The notes under the pieces are model-generated. The model was not told where the DNA came from. It did no database searches and worked only from the letters and a program-made list of their open reading frames with translations. A program made the translations under genes and the position numbers. A stretch of DNA of 64,000 nt from Mycoplasmatota bacterium (lineage in GTDB: Bacteria; Bacillota_I; Bacilli_A; RF39; UBA660), in assembly GCA_022774645.1 (NCBI GenBank), contig JALFKQ010000032.1:94253-158252 (forward strand). Direction: 5' to 3'. Positions 11,401 through 19,960 of this stretch are shown in pieces (position 1 is the stretch's first letter; each line of letters starts with the position of its first letter).

Positions 11401-11728
11401 TAATGTTTTAGATAGAATTAAAAAAATAAATGAAATATTAGAAGTAATTGAAGAGAAATATAAAACTTATTATATAATATTTGCTATAACTCATGATTTA
11501 TTTACATTTATAAATAATTATAATTATTATGAAGATGGTGTTAAAAGGAAAATATATAATTTATATAGAGAATTTTTAATGAATAATATTAATTATGTTT
11601 ATTTAAAGAATATTAAATTACCTGTTAAGAAAGAAATATTGAATTGTATTATAAATGATAAATTTGAAAGATTTGATATTATTTCTAGTTGTGTATCTTA
11701 TAAAATAATTAATGATAAATTGAAATAA
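8462..11728 (+). CDS. triple-domain teichoic-acid enzyme: TagF-like glycerophosphotransferase, GT4 glycosyltransferase and GT2 glycosyltransferase
   Basis: N-terminal part has VWHGIPYKKM, YAPTYRT and LITDYSSLFFDY (TagF-like). Middle part has SEGFALILLES, an E-x7-E motif of GT-B/GT4. C-terminal part has VSIIVPFYNN...VILVNDGSDED and FIDSDD (GT-A/GT2). ATG 8462 lies 9 nt after GAAAGG and is preferred over TTG 8453. Confidence 0.8.
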   Translation: MNDIKKKVVLIPSAYNSKVMGDIENFIKYYKDIFDLYVLYDKNNKEENGIKYYNKDDKYANYLIYVADYIIDAGSINGKTRVCNTQKRISVWHGIPYKKMFIDLDKSYVEEALEYDYGVDLMVSPSKFYTEEFLRKSMLYNGEVLETAVSRTDSLFKNNEEKNTIKENLGIPLNKKVLLYAPTYRTSGNFELPFNPNKLLEKLNSKGKDEWILVVKLHYLNKLSNVSSSIVDCTSYPIVNDILAVSDMLITDYSSLFFDYSILDKPALFYQYDKESYEKDRGFMFLLDSYVDKKYIITKEDELINNISKFVGVKNLSKVKKEFYPYQKPDSTKELVKKINLDSSPRKIKDIIFLVNDLNQGGGVHNFIMNLAHEFKEKYNSRIFVFGINEFANSNEVLQIFDKDNYIDVKLSKENDLKAIESILRNTDGYIISCQFGAHKSFERYLKDKNSFLMFHGDIKDVVSKNMYKWQLNALNNFDLYNYKELLLLTEGNAEILKKHLNNKIIDKVGYVENSFSFGEHKNYYKKNGEFALISRLDDDKNVFDAIKVFASKNINKSYKLHVYGDGKLRNEFEAEIKKLKLEKKIIVHGYCNDKDEMYKDKQGIILTSLSEGFALILLESTNYGIPTYLYNSFTALKEFKDYSTIKLVKTSDIEGFVDKLNNDTKFDTKDFYSIEEKFSNDTIVNKWLGLFDKIENEDYVRSSFKNRLKDFIKNSISFAKKKLGVIYRNYFKEYLLRHKKAIFDVIINLKYIKVKLKTLFSSNKPLVSIIVPFYNNLDTIDNLLKSIKKSGYKNYEVILVNDGSDEDPKDIISKYDRVKYFYKKNEGPGLTRNFALKNASGKYVFFIDSDDRMCKGALNNLVYFAEKNKLDMVSGLCRRINNDTKKATFWNRGLYKKNYINQRNKRYVLFNDTISTAKLYNLKELKKSKIEFVSGLYEDKLFMARIYKYFDKIGIINTPVYDWYVYGENTSITTTFDYNNVLDRIKKINEILEVIEEKYKTYYIIFAITHDLFTFINNYNYYEDGVKRKIYNLYREFLMNNINYVYLKNIKLPVKKEILNCIINDKFERFDIISSCVSYKIINDKLK

Positions 11729-11764
11729 AATATAATAAATGTTAGAATGTAAATGGAGGTATAG

Positions 11765-12202
11765 ATGAAAAGAATTTTAACATATGGAACATTTGATTTA
11801 TTGCATTATGGACATATCAGATTATTACAGAGAGCTAAGGCATTAGGGGACTATTTAATTGTGGCATTATCTACTGATGAGTTTAATGAAATTAAGGGTA
11901 AAAAAGCTTATCATAATTATGAAACTAGAAAAAAAATGTTAGAAGCAGTTAGATATGTTGATTTAGTTATTCCTGAAGAAAATTGGGAACAAAAAATTAA
12001 TGATGTTAAAGAATATCATGTTGATGTTGTAGTTATGGGAAGTGACTGGGCTGGAAGTGATAGATTCGATTATTTGAAAGATTACTGTGAAGTTGTTTAT
12101 TTAGATAGAACAGAAGGCGTTTCAACAACAAAAATAAAAAAAGATTTAGGACTTCAAGAACCAAAAAATGATATTAATCAAATTCCAACACCATCAAAGT
12201 AG
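11765..12202 (+). CDS. tagD: glycerol-3-phosphate cytidylyltransferase
   Basis: TYGTFDLLHYGHIRLLQRAKALGDYLIVALSTDEFN is nearly collinear with B. subtilis TagD, and RTEGVSTTKIK is also present. Confidence 0.95.
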   Translation: MKRILTYGTFDLLHYGHIRLLQRAKALGDYLIVALSTDEFNEIKGKKAYHNYETRKKMLEAVRYVDLVIPEENWEQKINDVKEYHVDVVVMGSDWAGSDRFDYLKDYCEVVYLDRTEGVSTTKIKKDLGLQEPKNDINQIPTPSK

Positions 12203-12301
12203 TAATGATATTAAATTGATACTAAGACACATCATGTGATGTGTCTTTATTGATGTTATTTTAAATATATGTTAAAATATATATGAACTTGAGGAGAGAT
12301 A

Positions 12302-13090
12302 ATGAAAAGATTTTTTAATGATTTAAAGAAGTATAAAAATTATATTATGTATGCAACATGGGCTGAACTTAAAACAGAAGTGATAAATTCATATTTAGGA
12401 TTTTTATGGATGATACTTGAACCACTTGCTTTTATGCTTATTTATACTTTTATAGCAACAATAGTATTTAAATCAAGTGTTGATTATTTTCCAGTATTTG
12501 TTTTTATTGGACTTTCTATATGGAATTTCTTTAATAAGATGGTTACTACATCTGTTAAATTAGTCGCATCAAATAGGGATACTGTTACAAAGGTTTATTT
12601 ACCAAAGTTTGTATTATTATTAATAAAGATGGGTGTTAATACTTTTAAGATGGCAGTTTCATTTTTATTAGTTGTTATATTTATGATTATATATAAAGTA
12701 CCAATAACATGGAATGTACTTTGGTTTTTTCCAATTATTATTACTACAATGGTATTTACTTTTGGTGTTTGTACATTAGTAATGCATTTTGGTGTTTTCG
12801 CTGAGGATTTAACTAATTTAGTTAATATTGGACTTAGAATGGTATTTTATTTAACAGGTATATTTTATGATATAAGTACTAGAATACATAATGCTGTATA
12901 TAGAACAATATTACTTGATTTAAATCCACTTGCTAATTTCATTTATAATATGAGAAATGTATTAATTTATAAGAGTGCTCCAGTAGGTATGTGGACTCTT
13001 ATATGGTTCCTTGCTGGTATATTATTATCAATGCTTGGAATTCATACTATTTATAAATATGAAAATACATATGTAAAGGTGATGAGATAA
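12302..13090 (+). CDS. tagG: teichoic-acid ABC exporter permease (ABC-2 type)
   Basis: Six-TM ABC-2 permease directly followed by a TagH-like ATPase inside the tag locus. Confidence 0.85.
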   Translation: MKRFFNDLKKYKNYIMYATWAELKTEVINSYLGFLWMILEPLAFMLIYTFIATIVFKSSVDYFPVFVFIGLSIWNFFNKMVTTSVKLVASNRDTVTKVYLPKFVLLLIKMGVNTFKMAVSFLLVVIFMIIYKVPITWNVLWFFPIIITTMVFTFGVCTLVMHFGVFAEDLTNLVNIGLRMVFYLTGIFYDISTRIHNAVYRTILLDLNPLANFIYNMRNVLIYKSAPVGMWTLIWFLAGILLSMLGIHTIYKYENTYVKVMR

Positions 13091-13830
13091 TGAAAAAGGA
13101 AGAAATAGCAATAAGTGTAAAAGATTTACATGTGTATTATAGGGATATGAATAGATTTTCTTTGAAAAAAGGAGGTCTTAAAGCTAGAGGTTCTGGAAAA
13201 ATATTTAAGGCAGTAAAAGGTGTATCTTTTGAAGTACCAAAGGGTCAAATACTTGGTATTTGTGGTAGAAATGGTAGTGGAAAAAGTACATTATTAAGAG
13301 CTATATCTGGTATATTTAGTGCTGATTCTGGTAGTATTAATTTACATGGAAATAGTATATCTTTACTTTCAATCGGAGTTGGTTTTCAAAAACAATTAAC
13401 TGGATATGAAAATATATTCTTATCTGGTATGTTACTTGGATATTCTAAAGAACAAATTGAAACAAAAATAAATGATATTATAGAATTTAGTGAACTTGGA
13501 GATTTTATATATAAACCAGTAAGAAGTTATTCTAGTGGCATGTATTCTAAGTTAGCATTTTCAATAACTGCAATACTTGAAACAGATATTATGCTTATAG
13601 ATGAAGTTCTTAGTGTTGGAGATATTCATTTTAAAGAAAAAAGTTATAATAAAATGAAAGAACTTATAAGTGATGATAAGAGAACAGTTGTTATAGTTTC
13701 ACATAATAGTAAGACAATTGAAGAACTTTGTGATAAAGTTATATGGCTTCATGATGGTCTTATTAAGGATGAAGGAGATCCAAAGATCATAATGGAAAAA
13801 TATGAAACATTTATGAGAAGTGAAGGTTAA
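13090..13830 (+). CDS. tagH: teichoic-acid ABC exporter ATP-binding protein
   Basis: Walker A GRNGSGKST, signature YSSGMYSKL and Walker B MLIDEVLSVGD. ATGA overlap with tagG. Confidence 0.9.
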   Translation: MKKEEIAISVKDLHVYYRDMNRFSLKKGGLKARGSGKIFKAVKGVSFEVPKGQILGICGRNGSGKSTLLRAISGIFSADSGSINLHGNSISLLSIGVGFQKQLTGYENIFLSGMLLGYSKEQIETKINDIIEFSELGDFIYKPVRSYSSGMYSKLAFSITAILETDIMLIDEVLSVGDIHFKEKSYNKMKELISDDKRTVVIVSHNSKTIEELCDKVIWLHDGLIKDEGDPKIIMEKYETFMRSEG

Positions 13831-13832
13831 TA

Positions 13833-13857
13833 AAGAGATAATTATCTCTTTTTTTTA
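13833..13857 (+). terminator. intrinsic terminator after tagH
   Basis: AAGAGAT-aatt-ATCTCTT followed by TTTTTTT. Confidence 0.7.
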
Positions 13858-13895
13858 ATTATTATTTTTGATACAATTATAAAGTAGGTGATTAT

Positions 13896-14480
13896 ATGAA
13901 TATATATGATTTTGATGATACAATTTATGATGGTGATACTAATAGAGATATAATTTTATATGGATTTAAGAAACATCCTTTTTTAGTAATGAAAGCTCTT
14001 AAGAAAGCAAAGAATCTTGAAAAGGAATATAAAAGAGGTATGGTTGAATTTGAGAGAGTTAAAGAAACTATGTTGTCTTTCATATTTAAAATTAAAAATT
14101 ATCCTAAGTTTATAAATGATTTTGTTGATTCACATATGAAAAAGATTAAACCTTGGTATATGAGTAGAAGAAGTGTTAATGATATTATTATTAGTGCTTC
14201 TTATGAATTATGGGTTTCTCAATTTTGTAAAAGACTTGGTATTAAATATGTTATAGCAACTAAAACAGATGGTGAAGGAAAGATAATTGGTAAGAATTGT
14301 AAAGGACCAGAAAAGTTAAGGAGACTTGCCACTGTAATTCCTAATGCTGTTATTGTTAGTGCTTATAGTGATTCATCTTGTGATATTCCAATTCTTGATG
14401 TAGCTAAAACTGCTTATGTTGTTGAAGGTGATAAATTAATAACATATACTAAGGGATATAAATTTAAGAATAATAATTAG
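13896..14480 (+). CDS. HAD-superfamily (HAD-IB-like) phosphatase
   Basis: N-terminal IYDFDDTIYDGD, which is the DxDxT nucleophile motif. C-terminal YSDSSCDIP motif. Confidence 0.6.
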   Translation: MNIYDFDDTIYDGDTNRDIILYGFKKHPFLVMKALKKAKNLEKEYKRGMVEFERVKETMLSFIFKIKNYPKFINDFVDSHMKKIKPWYMSRRSVNDIIISASYELWVSQFCKRLGIKYVIATKTDGEGKIIGKNCKGPEKLRRLATVIPNAVIVSAYSDSSCDIPILDVAKTAYVVEGDKLITYTKGYKFKNNN

Positions 14481-14494
14481 TTAACCAAAAAAGG

Positions 14495-14523
14495 TTGACT
14501 TCTTTTTTATATTGTAGTATATT
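14495..14523 (+). promoter_or_regulatory. candidate rpsP promoter
   Basis: TTGACT (14495-500), 17 nt of spacer, then TATATT (14518-23). Confidence 0.5.
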
Positions 14524-14547
14524 ATAAAGCACAAAGGAGGAATTAAA

Positions 14548-14814
14548 ATGGCAGTTAAGATTAGACTTAAAAGAATGGGTGCTAAGAAGAGACCTTATTA
14601 TCGTTTAGTAGTAGCTGATTCAAGAGCTAGAAGAGATGGTAATGTTATTGAATCTATCGGTACTTATATGCCACTTGAAGCAGAAAAATATAATGTTAAT
14701 AAAGAATCTGCTTTAAAATGGTTAAAGGAAGGAGCTCAACCTACTGATACAGCTAAAAATATTTTAAGTGAAGTAGGTGTTATGGAAGAATTCCATAATT
14801 CAAAAAGAAAATAA
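14548..14814 (+). CDS. rpsP: 30S ribosomal protein S16
   Basis: [31 protein letters not shown] is the canonical S16 N-terminus. Confidence 0.95.
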   Translation: MAVKIRLKRMGAKKRPYYRLVVADSRARRDGNVIESIGTYMPLEAEKYNVNKESALKWLKEGAQPTDTAKNILSEVGVMEEFHNSKRK

Positions 14815-15057
14815 ATGAGTTTAGTAGAATTTTCTGAATTAATCGTTAAAAGACTTGTTAAAGAACCAGATTTAGTAAAAGTTCAAGAGTTTGAATCTGA
14901 TAATGATAAAACAATTGAAATACTTGTTGCTGAAGCTGATATGGGAAGAATTATTGGTAAAGGTGGTAAGATTGCTACTAGTGTAAAAACATTAATTCAA
15001 GCAAAAGCTTATAATGATGGTGTTAAAAAAGTAAGAGTAAATATAGATTCATTTTAA
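14815..15057 (+). CDS. khpA: KH-domain RNA-binding protein (YlqC/KhpA family)
   Basis: GRIIGKGGKIATSVKTLI is a GXXG KH motif. The gene directly follows rpsP, as in Bacillus. Confidence 0.9.
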   Translation: MSLVEFSELIVKRLVKEPDLVKVQEFESDNDKTIEILVAEADMGRIIGKGGKIATSVKTLIQAKAYNDGVKKVRVNIDSF

Positions 15058-15082
15058 GAAATAGGAAACTATTTCTTTTTTG
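15057..15082 (+). terminator. intrinsic terminator after khpA
   Basis: AGAAATAG-gaaa-CTATTTCT followed by TTTTT. Confidence 0.75.
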
Positions 15083-15131
15083 ATGAATATGTGTTATAAT
15101 ATGTGGACTAAGTGGGAGGATAGGTTAAATT

Positions 15132-15599
15132 ATGGATATTAAAGATGAACTAGCTTATGAATTATATTTTAGATATCAAAATCTAAGTAAAGAAGAAGGA
15201 GACTTCTATTTAGATGTTTTAAGAAGATGTAAAGAAGTTTCTGATAGTGAATACGGACCAAACGGAAGCTATGATATAGTAGAAATGTTAATAGCTCGTG
15301 ATGAACAAGGAGTAATATTCAATGGTTCTATGTCAAATGGTACTGAGAATAGATTTATTCATGGTAGTATTGCTAATAAGCTTGTTAAAACTTATGTAGA
15401 TTTAAATGTTGAAAGATTATGTGATGTACCTGAAAGAGAATTTAATGTTCTTGAAGTATTTAATTTTAAACATAGTGAAGTAAAAAGAGATACATATTAT
15501 AGAGATGGAAGATATTTTGAAGCTACATTTAAACCTTTTGATAAAGAAGAGATGGAAGCTTATAAATTAACTAAAGTATATAGAAAAGGGAATAATTAA
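15132..15599 (+). CDS. hypothetical cytoplasmic protein
   Basis: ORF with an RBS (GGGAGGA). No family recognised. Confidence 0.5.
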   Translation: MDIKDELAYELYFRYQNLSKEEGDFYLDVLRRCKEVSDSEYGPNGSYDIVEMLIARDEQGVIFNGSMSNGTENRFIHGSIANKLVKTYVDLNVERLCDVPEREFNVLEVFNFKHSEVKRDTYYRDGRYFEATFKPFDKEEMEAYKLTKVYRKGNN

Positions 15600-15601
15600 A
15601 T

Positions 15602-16693
15602 TTATTCCCTTTTAAATTTCAAAATAATTGTTGTTATGGTAATAATTATTAATAATGCTATAGTTAAAATAATTGGTATTTTTATATAACTAAATGTTTC
15701 AGTATAACTGTTATTAGTAAATAAAAATTTTGGTATTATTAATATTATTATTGTTGGTATTATTTTATAAATAATATTTTTATTTGATAGATTAAATGTT
15801 TCTTTTATATTATTGAATATAGCTAAATTTAATATTGAACAAGCTGTTATAGTAAAGAATATCCAAAGAGATGCGGTTATGTTTTCTATTGAATCTATAA
15901 ATGAAAATATTTGTATTTTTTTAAGAACTGTATATAATGGATAATCAAACATATTTACTAGGTTTGAACCAAATATACCAAGTGTTACGAATATAGTTCC
16001 GAATACTAATAAGAACGATATAGTATAAAAGATAAAATAATATTTATTAAATCTATTTTTATCAACTAATAAATCTTTTTTACAAGTTGTAATGAAGAAG
16101 AGAGGCATTGTTGAAAATAAAGCATATATTATTCCTGATATTAATATATTTTTATAATCTACTGTTATAAGTGGTAAATAGTTTTTAATATCTATATATT
16201 GAATTAAGTTAATAAAATCAAATATAAACATAATAAGTGATGTATAGAATGTTATAAGTGATACTCTTGTAATTGTTTCTATACCTTTATTAGCCGTATA
16301 TGTTGTTAGAAATAATATCATTATATAAAAGTATATACTTGGTGTTTCGATTAGATATTGACTTGATAAGAAATTAGATAATCTATATGCTAAAAAAATA
16401 TATATAAATATTGATATAACTAATATTATAAAGTTTATAGGTATTGATAACTTTTTATATACTTTTTTAATTTTATTAGTAAGTGATAAATCTGGAAATT
16501 TATTATAAAAAGATAATAGTATTTTTGACATTATTAATCCTAAGATAAAACCAATAAACATTGAAATAATAGTTGCATTTTTAGATTTACTTAACATATA
16601 TGATGTTAATATTCCCCAGAATGCTGAACCACTTAATGATATTATTAATGTTGAAAGGCCTAAACTATTTATTTTTTCATTTTTATCTCTCAT
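15602..16693 (-). CDS. spore germinant receptor subunit B (GerAB/GerKB permease type)
   Basis: Roughly 10-TM permease-like protein. It is the last gene of the A-C-B operon and overlaps the GerC stop. Confidence 0.85.
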   Translation of the reverse strand: MRDKNEKINSLGLSTLIISLSGSAFWGILTSYMLSKSKNATIISMFIGFILGLIMSKILLSFYNKFPDLSLTNKIKKVYKKLSIPINFIILVISIFIYIFLAYRLSNFLSSQYLIETPSIYFYIMILFLTTYTANKGIETITRVSLITFYTSLIMFIFDFINLIQYIDIKNYLPLITVDYKNILISGIIYALFSTMPLFFITTCKKDLLVDKNRFNKYYFIFYTISFLLVFGTIFVTLGIFGSNLVNMFDYPLYTVLKKIQIFSFIDSIENITASLWIFFTITACSILNLAIFNNIKETFNLSNKNIIYKIIPTIIILIIPKFLFTNNSYTETFSYIKIPIILTIALLIIITITTIILKFKRE

Positions 16694-17733
16694 TTTCTTA
16701 TTTCTCCTGTTGATATAATGTTAACTGTTATATCATTTTTATTTTTTATATTGTTTAAATTAAATGTTTTTTTGTTATAATTTTTATCATGTTTATAAAT
16801 ATAGTTTTCAATACCTAATATGTCATTGTTATATTTTTTGGTTTTATTAATTAAATTATTTATTTCATCATTCATATAATCTTTGCTTAACTTTTCTAAT
16901 TTTTTTAATGAGTTTATATCACTTAAATCGTATTTACATTCATAATCTGTTATTTTAGCATTTAAATTTGTATTTATATTAAATATATTATTTTTCCATT
17001 TATATTTAGTTTTTATATCTTGTATTTGCATTGTGAATTTTTCATTATCACATTTAACTGTTATTGAACTTTTATCTATTGTATTTGTTAATATGTTGTA
17101 TGTTATTGATTCGTTTTCTGTAAATTCTATTATTTTGTTATTTTGATAACTTATTTGATTAGATAAATAAAGTATATCTTTTTCATTATTGTTAACTATT
17201 TCTATTCTAGGATATATTATATCTATACCTGGTTCTAGTTTTTTATAAACCAAATCTATAAATGAAAGTGGTGTAGAGGAAGAAAATATTTGTTTATTAA
17301 ATTCTAACATCTTTTCTATATGTAATGCTGTTTTATCATTTATTCTAAATATTTTATCTTTTATATTTGAATTTATATAATAAACAAAGAAGTTCATAGA
17401 TGATTTTGAATTTCTAAGAAAATAATCATAATAATCAATATCACTTTTTAATATATTATCTGTTATTATTAATATTTTTAAGTGTGGTATGAATACTTTT
17501 TTGTTAGTTAGTTTTGACATTTCTTTTATTGCTTCATCTATTGAAGTTGATTTTGTTGTTAGAATTTGTAGTTCACTTTCTTTATCATTTATAATTAGTT
17601 CACTTGTTATTTCATATTTATTATCAACATAATCTATTATTATTCCACTTACTATTGCTAAATCATTTATTTCTGTATAGTCTTTACATCCAGTTAAAGT
17701 AAGAAGTAAGAGTATAAGTATTATTTTTTTCAT
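16690..17733 (-). CDS. spore germinant receptor subunit C lipoprotein (Ger(x)C)
   Basis: Lipobox LLTLTGC followed by KDYTEINDLAIVSGIIIDY, typical of the Ger(x)C N-terminus. Confidence 0.85.
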   Translation of the reverse strand: MKKIILILLLLTLTGCKDYTEINDLAIVSGIIIDYVDNKYEITSELIINDKESELQILTTKSTSIDEAIKEMSKLTNKKVFIPHLKILIITDNILKSDIDYYDYFLRNSKSSMNFFVYYINSNIKDKIFRINDKTALHIEKMLEFNKQIFSSSTPLSFIDLVYKKLEPGIDIIYPRIEIVNNNEKDILYLSNQISYQNNKIIEFTENESITYNILTNTIDKSSITVKCDNEKFTMQIQDIKTKYKWKNNIFNINTNLNAKITDYECKYDLSDINSLKKLEKLSKDYMNDEINNLINKTKKYNNDILGIENYIYKHDKNYNKKTFNLNNIKNKNDITVNIISTGEIRK

Positions 17734-19127
17734 AGATTCTCCTTATCTGTATTTTGTAATATTAAACCTTGTTTTATTAATTTCTTTTTATTTTTAATAT
17801 TTAGATTAGGACTTATTGGTATCATAAATGGTTTACCAAATGATTTAATACTGCATAGATTAGTTATTATAAATATGAATCCAAATAATACTCCGACTAT
17901 GCCTAAGAAGGAAGCTAAGAACATAAGTAAATATCTATAAAATCTTATGAATGATTGAAAATCATAATATACAAAGAATATTGAACTTATCGCGGTTACT
18001 GCAATTATTATTACCATAATAGGGGAAACTACTCCAGCATTAACAGCTGAATCTCCTAATATTAAGGCTCCAAGTATTGAAAGAGATGTACCTCTTGATG
18101 ATGGGGTTAATGCATCTCCCTCATATAGAAGTTCAAAAGTAAACATTAAAATAAATGCTTCAATTAAAGCTGGAAATGGGACAGAAGCTCTTTGAAGTGA
18201 AAAGTTTATTAATAAATTAGTTGGTAATATCTGTTGATCATAAGTAATTATTGCTAAATATATAGCTGGCATAAATATAGTTATAAATAATGCTATAATT
18301 CTTATTATTTTAACAAATCTAATATATATTTTTTTTTGATAATTATCTTCATCATTATAGAAATAATCCATAAAGAATGTAGGTATTATTAAAGCATTAC
18401 AAGAGTTTTCTGATATTATACATATTTTTCCTTCTGTTAAACATTTACTTATTGTATCTGGTTTTTCAGTTGATTTTATAGATGGAAATGTTGATTTATT
18501 TTCGTTTGCTATAAGAGATTTTATATAATAAGTATCTAATATTTTATCGGATTTAATACTTTCTATTTTAGTTATGGTTTCTTCTAGTAATTCTTTATCA
18601 ACCATATCTTCTAAATACATTATACTTACTTTTGTTTTGGTTTTAGCACCAAGTGTTAATTCTTTTATATGAAGTGAATCAGTCTTTAATCTTTTTCTTA
18701 TAAGACCTATATTTGTGTTATAATTTTCATTAAATGAATCTTTTGGTCCTTTGAGGGTTGGTTCACTTGAAGGTTCATTAATGCCTCTATCTAAATTAGC
18801 TTTTGTTTCGAATGCAATTACTTCATTTTTATATATTAATACAGTAAATCCATTATATAAATATTCTGTTATATCTTTTTCTTCTATTTCTATAAAACTT
18901 ATTGATGGTATATGATTTTGTATATCATTTTTTAATGTAGAAATAACTTCACTTTTTATTAAACTTCTTTTTGCTAGATAATCTAATATAAAATGATTTG
19001 ATAGTGTAGAAGAAGATACAGTTTGTATATTTATTATATAAATTTTAGACATTCCAAAAGATTCTTCTTTTATTTGAAGATCAGGAGCATGTTCTTTCAT
19101 TTTATATAATTTATCAATATTTATCAT
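17730..19127 (-). CDS. spore germinant receptor subunit A (GerA family)
   Basis: GLIRKRLKTDSLHIKEL, SIKSTEKPDT and a C-terminal 5-TM block (VPFPALIEAFILMFTFELLYE) match the GerA family. Confidence 0.9.
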   Translation of the reverse strand: MINIDKLYKMKEHAPDLQIKEESFGMSKIYIINIQTVSSSTLSNHFILDYLAKRSLIKSEVISTLKNDIQNHIPSISFIEIEEKDITEYLYNGFTVLIYKNEVIAFETKANLDRGINEPSSEPTLKGPKDSFNENYNTNIGLIRKRLKTDSLHIKELTLGAKTKTKVSIMYLEDMVDKELLEETITKIESIKSDKILDTYYIKSLIANENKSTFPSIKSTEKPDTISKCLTEGKICIISENSCNALIIPTFFMDYFYNDEDNYQKKIYIRFVKIIRIIALFITIFMPAIYLAIITYDQQILPTNLLINFSLQRASVPFPALIEAFILMFTFELLYEGDALTPSSRGTSLSILGALILGDSAVNAGVVSPIMVIIIAVTAISSIFFVYYDFQSFIRFYRYLLMFLASFLGIVGVLFGFIFIITNLCSIKSFGKPFMIPISPNLNIKNKKKLIKQGLILQNTDKENL

Positions 19128-19350
19128 ATTTTTATTATGAGTAATATTTTATTTTTTATTCTTTTAAATATATAGTAGATTTTTGTCTAATTGTTATTGT
19201 TATAAATATAGTTTTTAATACATAAAATATAGTTAGAAAGAAAGGAGAAAAAAGATTGACAATAATTAAATTTTATAGTAGTACACAGAGCTATAAAAGG
19301 AAAATAGTTGATAATTTTTCTTTATAATTCAATTTTGGAAGGGTTTTGGA

Positions 19351-19925
19351 ATGAGTAAGAAATTACTTGTAGTTCTTATGTCTTTCGGGCTTGTTTTTTT
19401 TAGTGTTAAAGCAGATGTTAAAGATGCTCTAAGAGAAGAATATGTTGGATCTGATATTAAAACTGTAGTTGATGCTTTTAAAAATTTAACATTAGAAGAA
19501 GCAAATCAAAAGAAATTAGAACTAGAAAAAGATAATCATTATACTAAGGTTACTATTAAGATTAAACCTTATATGATTGATAGTGGTAGAGATGAAGCTA
19601 TAAACATTACTAAAAGTTTTTCTAGTAAGTAATAGTTAGATATGTTGATACAAAATGTAATGAATTAAAAGAAAGTATTAGTACTATTGATAAAGTAGGA
19701 GCTAAATATGAAACTACATATCTAAAGTATTGGTAAATATGATTTTGTTTATGTAGATAAAGATAGTGATGCAACGGCTGGTGAATATGAATATGCTGTT
19801 AAAACAGTTACATATGTATATGAGTATGTTGGTGGAACAGGTGTTACAACTAATTATTATTTAGAAATTATATTTGTAGTAAGTTTACTAGCATTAATAA
19901 CTGTAATTAAACTTAAAAACAATTA
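19351..19925 (+). pseudogene. frameshifted small surface protein (signal peptide ... C-terminal TM anchor)
   Basis: Frame 1 ORF 19351-19632 carries a signal peptide. The reading continues in frame 3 at 19629-19736 (VIVRYVDTKCNELKESISTIDKVGAKYETTYLKYW). It then returns to frame 1 at 19726-19925 (..KYDFVYVDKDSDATAGEYEYAVKTVTYVYEYVGGTGVTTNYYLEIIFVVSLLALITVIKLKNN). Two compensating frame changes are required. Confidence 0.4.
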
Positions 19926-19955
19926 AAAAATATGGATTTTAAATCCATATTTTTA
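19926..19955. terminator. bidirectional intrinsic terminator
   Basis: ATATGGAT-tttaa-ATCCATAT flanked by A-run and T-run. It lies between convergent genes. Confidence 0.7.
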
Positions 19956-19960
19956 TTTGA

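Noticed and set aside
19240-19330. TTG-initiated 23-codon ORF after AAAGGAGAAAAAAGA in the ger/19351 intergenic region
   Set aside because: The same TTGACA more plausibly serves as the -35 of the promoter for the 19351 gene. There is no supporting conservation or structure.
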